A stretch of 63,672 nucleotides of DNA, filler included, from Collodictyon triciliatum (Eukaryota): the NCBI GenBank assembly GCA_043381765.1. It is 5 parts of 5 records of this genome, joined end to end, with 100 filler letters (N's around TTAATTAATTAA, not from the genome) between each part and the next. Parts side by side here need not be neighbours in the genome. Positions count along the whole stretch, not along the records: positions 56,599 to 63,672 come from JBHJMP010002007.1; 4 more parts are not named here. One strand, given 5' to 3'. Of this stretch, positions 60,445 to 63,672 are shown piece by piece. Within the stretch, counting starts at the first letter, position 1. Each line of letters opens with the position of its first letter. Below the pieces are notes generated by a model that ran no database searches, was not told where the DNA came from, and saw only the letters and a list, made by a program, of their open reading frames with translations. The translations under genes and the position numbers were made by a program.

Positions 60445-63358
60445 TTATTTGAACATTTTGGAATATAACTTCTTTTGAGAGTTTCGGTGCTCCACCTCAA
60501 TCTTTTTGAAAGCGGCATATTCTTTGATTATTTCCTTGTTGCTTGGGTCCAGCTCCACTGCGCGTTTGAAGTCACAATCCGCTTGGTCAATGTCCCCCTA
60601 AGTTGAAAGAAACCAACAGTATTTAATCCACCAAAACACATTTCAATAACTCGCACAACCATCAAATATATACCGCATACATCAAATTATGCTGTCATCC
60701 TTTGGATATAGCAATTAATTGAAATGGAAGCCAAACCCGATCTGCATAAGCCTTTGCACGACGGAAGAAAGCTTTGACATTTTTTGAATCCACAGATATG
60801 ACCTTCATGTCGAATGAAATAAAATATGAGCGAAATCATATGAAAAAAACAAAAACAAAACAAAAGAAAAAAACGATGGTCAGCAACAATCCTTGATTAC
60901 ATTTGTTGCTCGGTTGATGGACTCTTTTAGGTCTCCCAACTTGTACTGTATCAAGCTGAGATTCAAGTCGCATGGGATTTGAATACTCGTCTTGATTTGC
61001 TCTTTCATGGAAAGGGGAACATCAGGTTCGTAACGAAATACGTCCAAGGCGCTCTCATACTTTTTCTTTGCCTCAAGATACCTCCGCAACTATTTCATTA
61101 GGGTTTATTAGATGTACAGCGAGAAAGACCAAAGTTGACATGAAATTAGTAAAAGAAAAAAATGACTATCAGACTCAGAAATGTACTAATTAGGACATAA
61201 GCTGAGCATAAATTGTACCTTGAATAACCTATTGCCGACATCTTTTATCATTATCCCACACTCAAGCTTCTTTTCCAAATTGACAAGCCATGTAAAATCC
61301 TCCTAAAAAAGTTTCAAAAAAATATGAATGATTCATTGTTCTCTTCCTTTTGATGTTGTCTCGTACAACTAATCTACTCTATTGCATGTATGGGAATGAA
61401 AGATAAAAACATAGGGAAAATGGAAGAGTAAATACCGACTTTAATAGGAAGAAAAAACAACACAAACCGGCGTAATTTCAAAAACTTCAATTTCAACCTC
61501 CAGAATCTCTGGGACTTGGGTTGGGGCAAACTTTGTTTCATACAAATCCGCATCATTCCACTGTGACTTTTCTACTTTTGAGAGTGAAACCTCCCCAACC
61601 TTCATAGACTCTGCGATACTATCAATCGCCTCAGGGACAAATCCTTGTGTGTATTTATGTCGAATTAATGGTATGGAAGCCACAAATACCCAAATGAAAA
61701 TATTTGTCAGCCTTTTTACAAGCGCTCATTTTTCTCAAGTATAGTATAGATCCAGAGTTTGGTATAAACCATGTCCTATTGTGAACTGAATAGGAGAATC
61801 CATTGGCGAAGAGTAAACAACTTCACCATCTGATTTTCGAGTGGTTACACGAGCTTTTTTTTTTTAAAAAAAAAAAGTAGAATGTATTTCAATTAGATTT
61901 TGGTATTTTGGCTTTGGGATAATTTTGGATGTAATTATGAGGTTTATGTATTATTTTGCTTGCTATAGTTTCTTGCTAACAATATAATGGCATTAATTTT
62001 ATCGTGTGTTTATTAATTAGCCCTTTTATTTATTATTTTACCTCTGACAACCGACCCATCTTTTCCCTTTGTGGAGCCCGTACCTTCTCTGAGAATCCTC
62101 TTCAGTATTTTACCATTATCTTTGATATCTGACACTTCAACCCAAGAAATCAAATCAAGCTGGTAAATGAAAGTAGATTTGCCCTATGAAATATTTACGT
62201 ATAATATTTTTTAATAGGCACACACACAAGTTGTAAGGCAACCTTCATATTAATATGTATTTAATAAAAAAAAAAATGAATGAATCGTATTCTAAATGAT
62301 GTAAAATAATTACTAATGACGCATCACATGGGCGAGCATATTCACTCGAGCAGTTGAGCTGAGCAAACTCTTCGTTCATCATCGTCGTTAACAAAGTATT
62401 CAGACCAGTTCCAAATGATTCATCTCCAACAAATCCCTTTAATTGCCCTCCAGAATCCACAGAAGAGTACAGTTTGTTCATACTTTCGTCATATACGCTG
62501 ACATGATCTGTCGATTATAATTCAACACGTTACTTTTGTAATGAGGAAAAAAGAGTTCGTTACTGGATGTTGGACAAAAGATACAAGTTCAAAGGAATAT
62601 ATAGTGAATCCAAGAGAATATGAAAGCGCTTTTTATGATAAGTAAACAAAATACAATACATTTTATTTCATCATATTTCTTAAGTCGGATGTACTGGTTT
62701 CCATGACGTAGGATGCGCTTCACTAAACTGGAATCTTGAGTGAGCCTTTCTACTTTGGTAAAAACTACAAGCTTAACTTCCAAGAACAAGTCTGTCTTGG
62801 GGAACTGGACGAGTATTACAAAAAGAAATGTATAAATTAGAAGGAAAATAACTTAGCTATACTGAATCATACCAAGAAGGTAGGGTTAGGCTTTTGGTTT
62901 AATATTTTAATTTCTGAATGTAAAGCTATTGTTGATTTTTCCAGCGTTTGCAAACAGTTTATACTGCGTATTGATTGTATGATAAAATGGCATACCTTTG
63001 TTAGGTCAACCAATTGACCTGGAATCGAGGCTGTGATAGAAGAATTTGCTTTCATTTTGGGTATTATTTGGTCAGCTGCTGGTATGGGCGCAAGGTCTTT
63101 TTTTTTTTTTTCGTGTGTGTGAGAATTAGTTTGTATATTCTCAAAAGAAAATCATTATTAGCCATAGAATCATACTTCCATAGTATTATATTCTTTTCTT
63201 TTTATTCTTCCTTTCAATTTTGTGCAGGATGGTGAATAGTATTATATTCTTAAAATGAAAGCACAACAACCTTCTCCATAAATGAATGTCACTGGTTTGT
63301 CTCCGAACGTACTTTCCAAAATCAGGTTATCGAAGGACCGGATGACTCTGTAATGAAC
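60445..63358 (-). CDS. Multi-FKBP-domain TPR immunophilin (FKBP4/ROF1-like); 5' end outside the window
   Basis: FKBP-like repeats (VHYRVI..., LVKRILRHG, ILKRILREGTG, ESMKVGE) followed by TPRs (KDVGNRLFK, CDLNLSLIQYKL, NVKAFFRRAKA, AVELDPSNKEI) and terminal KKLYSKMFK*. Confidence 0.85.
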
Positions 63359-63672
63359 TTAATTCATGGCCGCAGTTTAGTTAAATAGGAGGACATGATT
63401 TGAAATTCTATCATTTATGAACAAAAACAATATAATTTATTTTCGTTTCAGTGGCTCCTATGATAGAAATCACCGAAAGACACATATGATCAAGAATGAT
63501 TCAAGAAAAGAACTAGAAATATTCCAAGGCATCACGAAAAAAAATTGTGAAATACATCGATATGTGAGCTTAATTTGTGAATTCTTTAATATTTTATGAA
63601 TAAAATTTTTAAATTTAAGCTACTAAAAGCTCAGCGAAATGGAGCTAGTAATCAATAAACGAATAAAAAAAA

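Overview
Intron-rich, microsatellite-rich nuclear DNA of a probably flagellated protist (it encodes an IFT dynein-2 heavy chain and has an AT-AC minor-spliceosome intron). The window is not one locus. It is five pieces joined by identical 100-nt N44-TTAATTAATTAA-N44 linkers, with lengths >=14060, 14059, 14040, 14039 and a partial fifth, i.e. apparently size-sorted unrelated contigs. Host genes: HSD17B12/KAR-like SDR, an ankyrin-repeat protein fused to a degenerate Rab7-like GTPase, enoyl-CoA isomerase, PITP, two uncharacterised proteins, an OTU deubiquitinase, dynein-2 heavy chain, PP2C, a P4-ATPase flippase, an EGF-containing GT90 glycosyltransferase and an FKBP-TPR immunophilin. The main discovery, invisible as a single ORF, is a near full-length frameshifted Fanzor1 (eukaryotic TnpB/Cas12-like RNA-guided nuclease) gene at ~43272-45249. 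It keeps all three RuvC acidic residues and the zinc finger, and its 3' end overlaps a multi-hairpin putative omegaRNA scaffold (~45200-45330). A LINE ORF1-like relic lies at the left end. All family calls come from manual translation and motif recognition; no searches were run.
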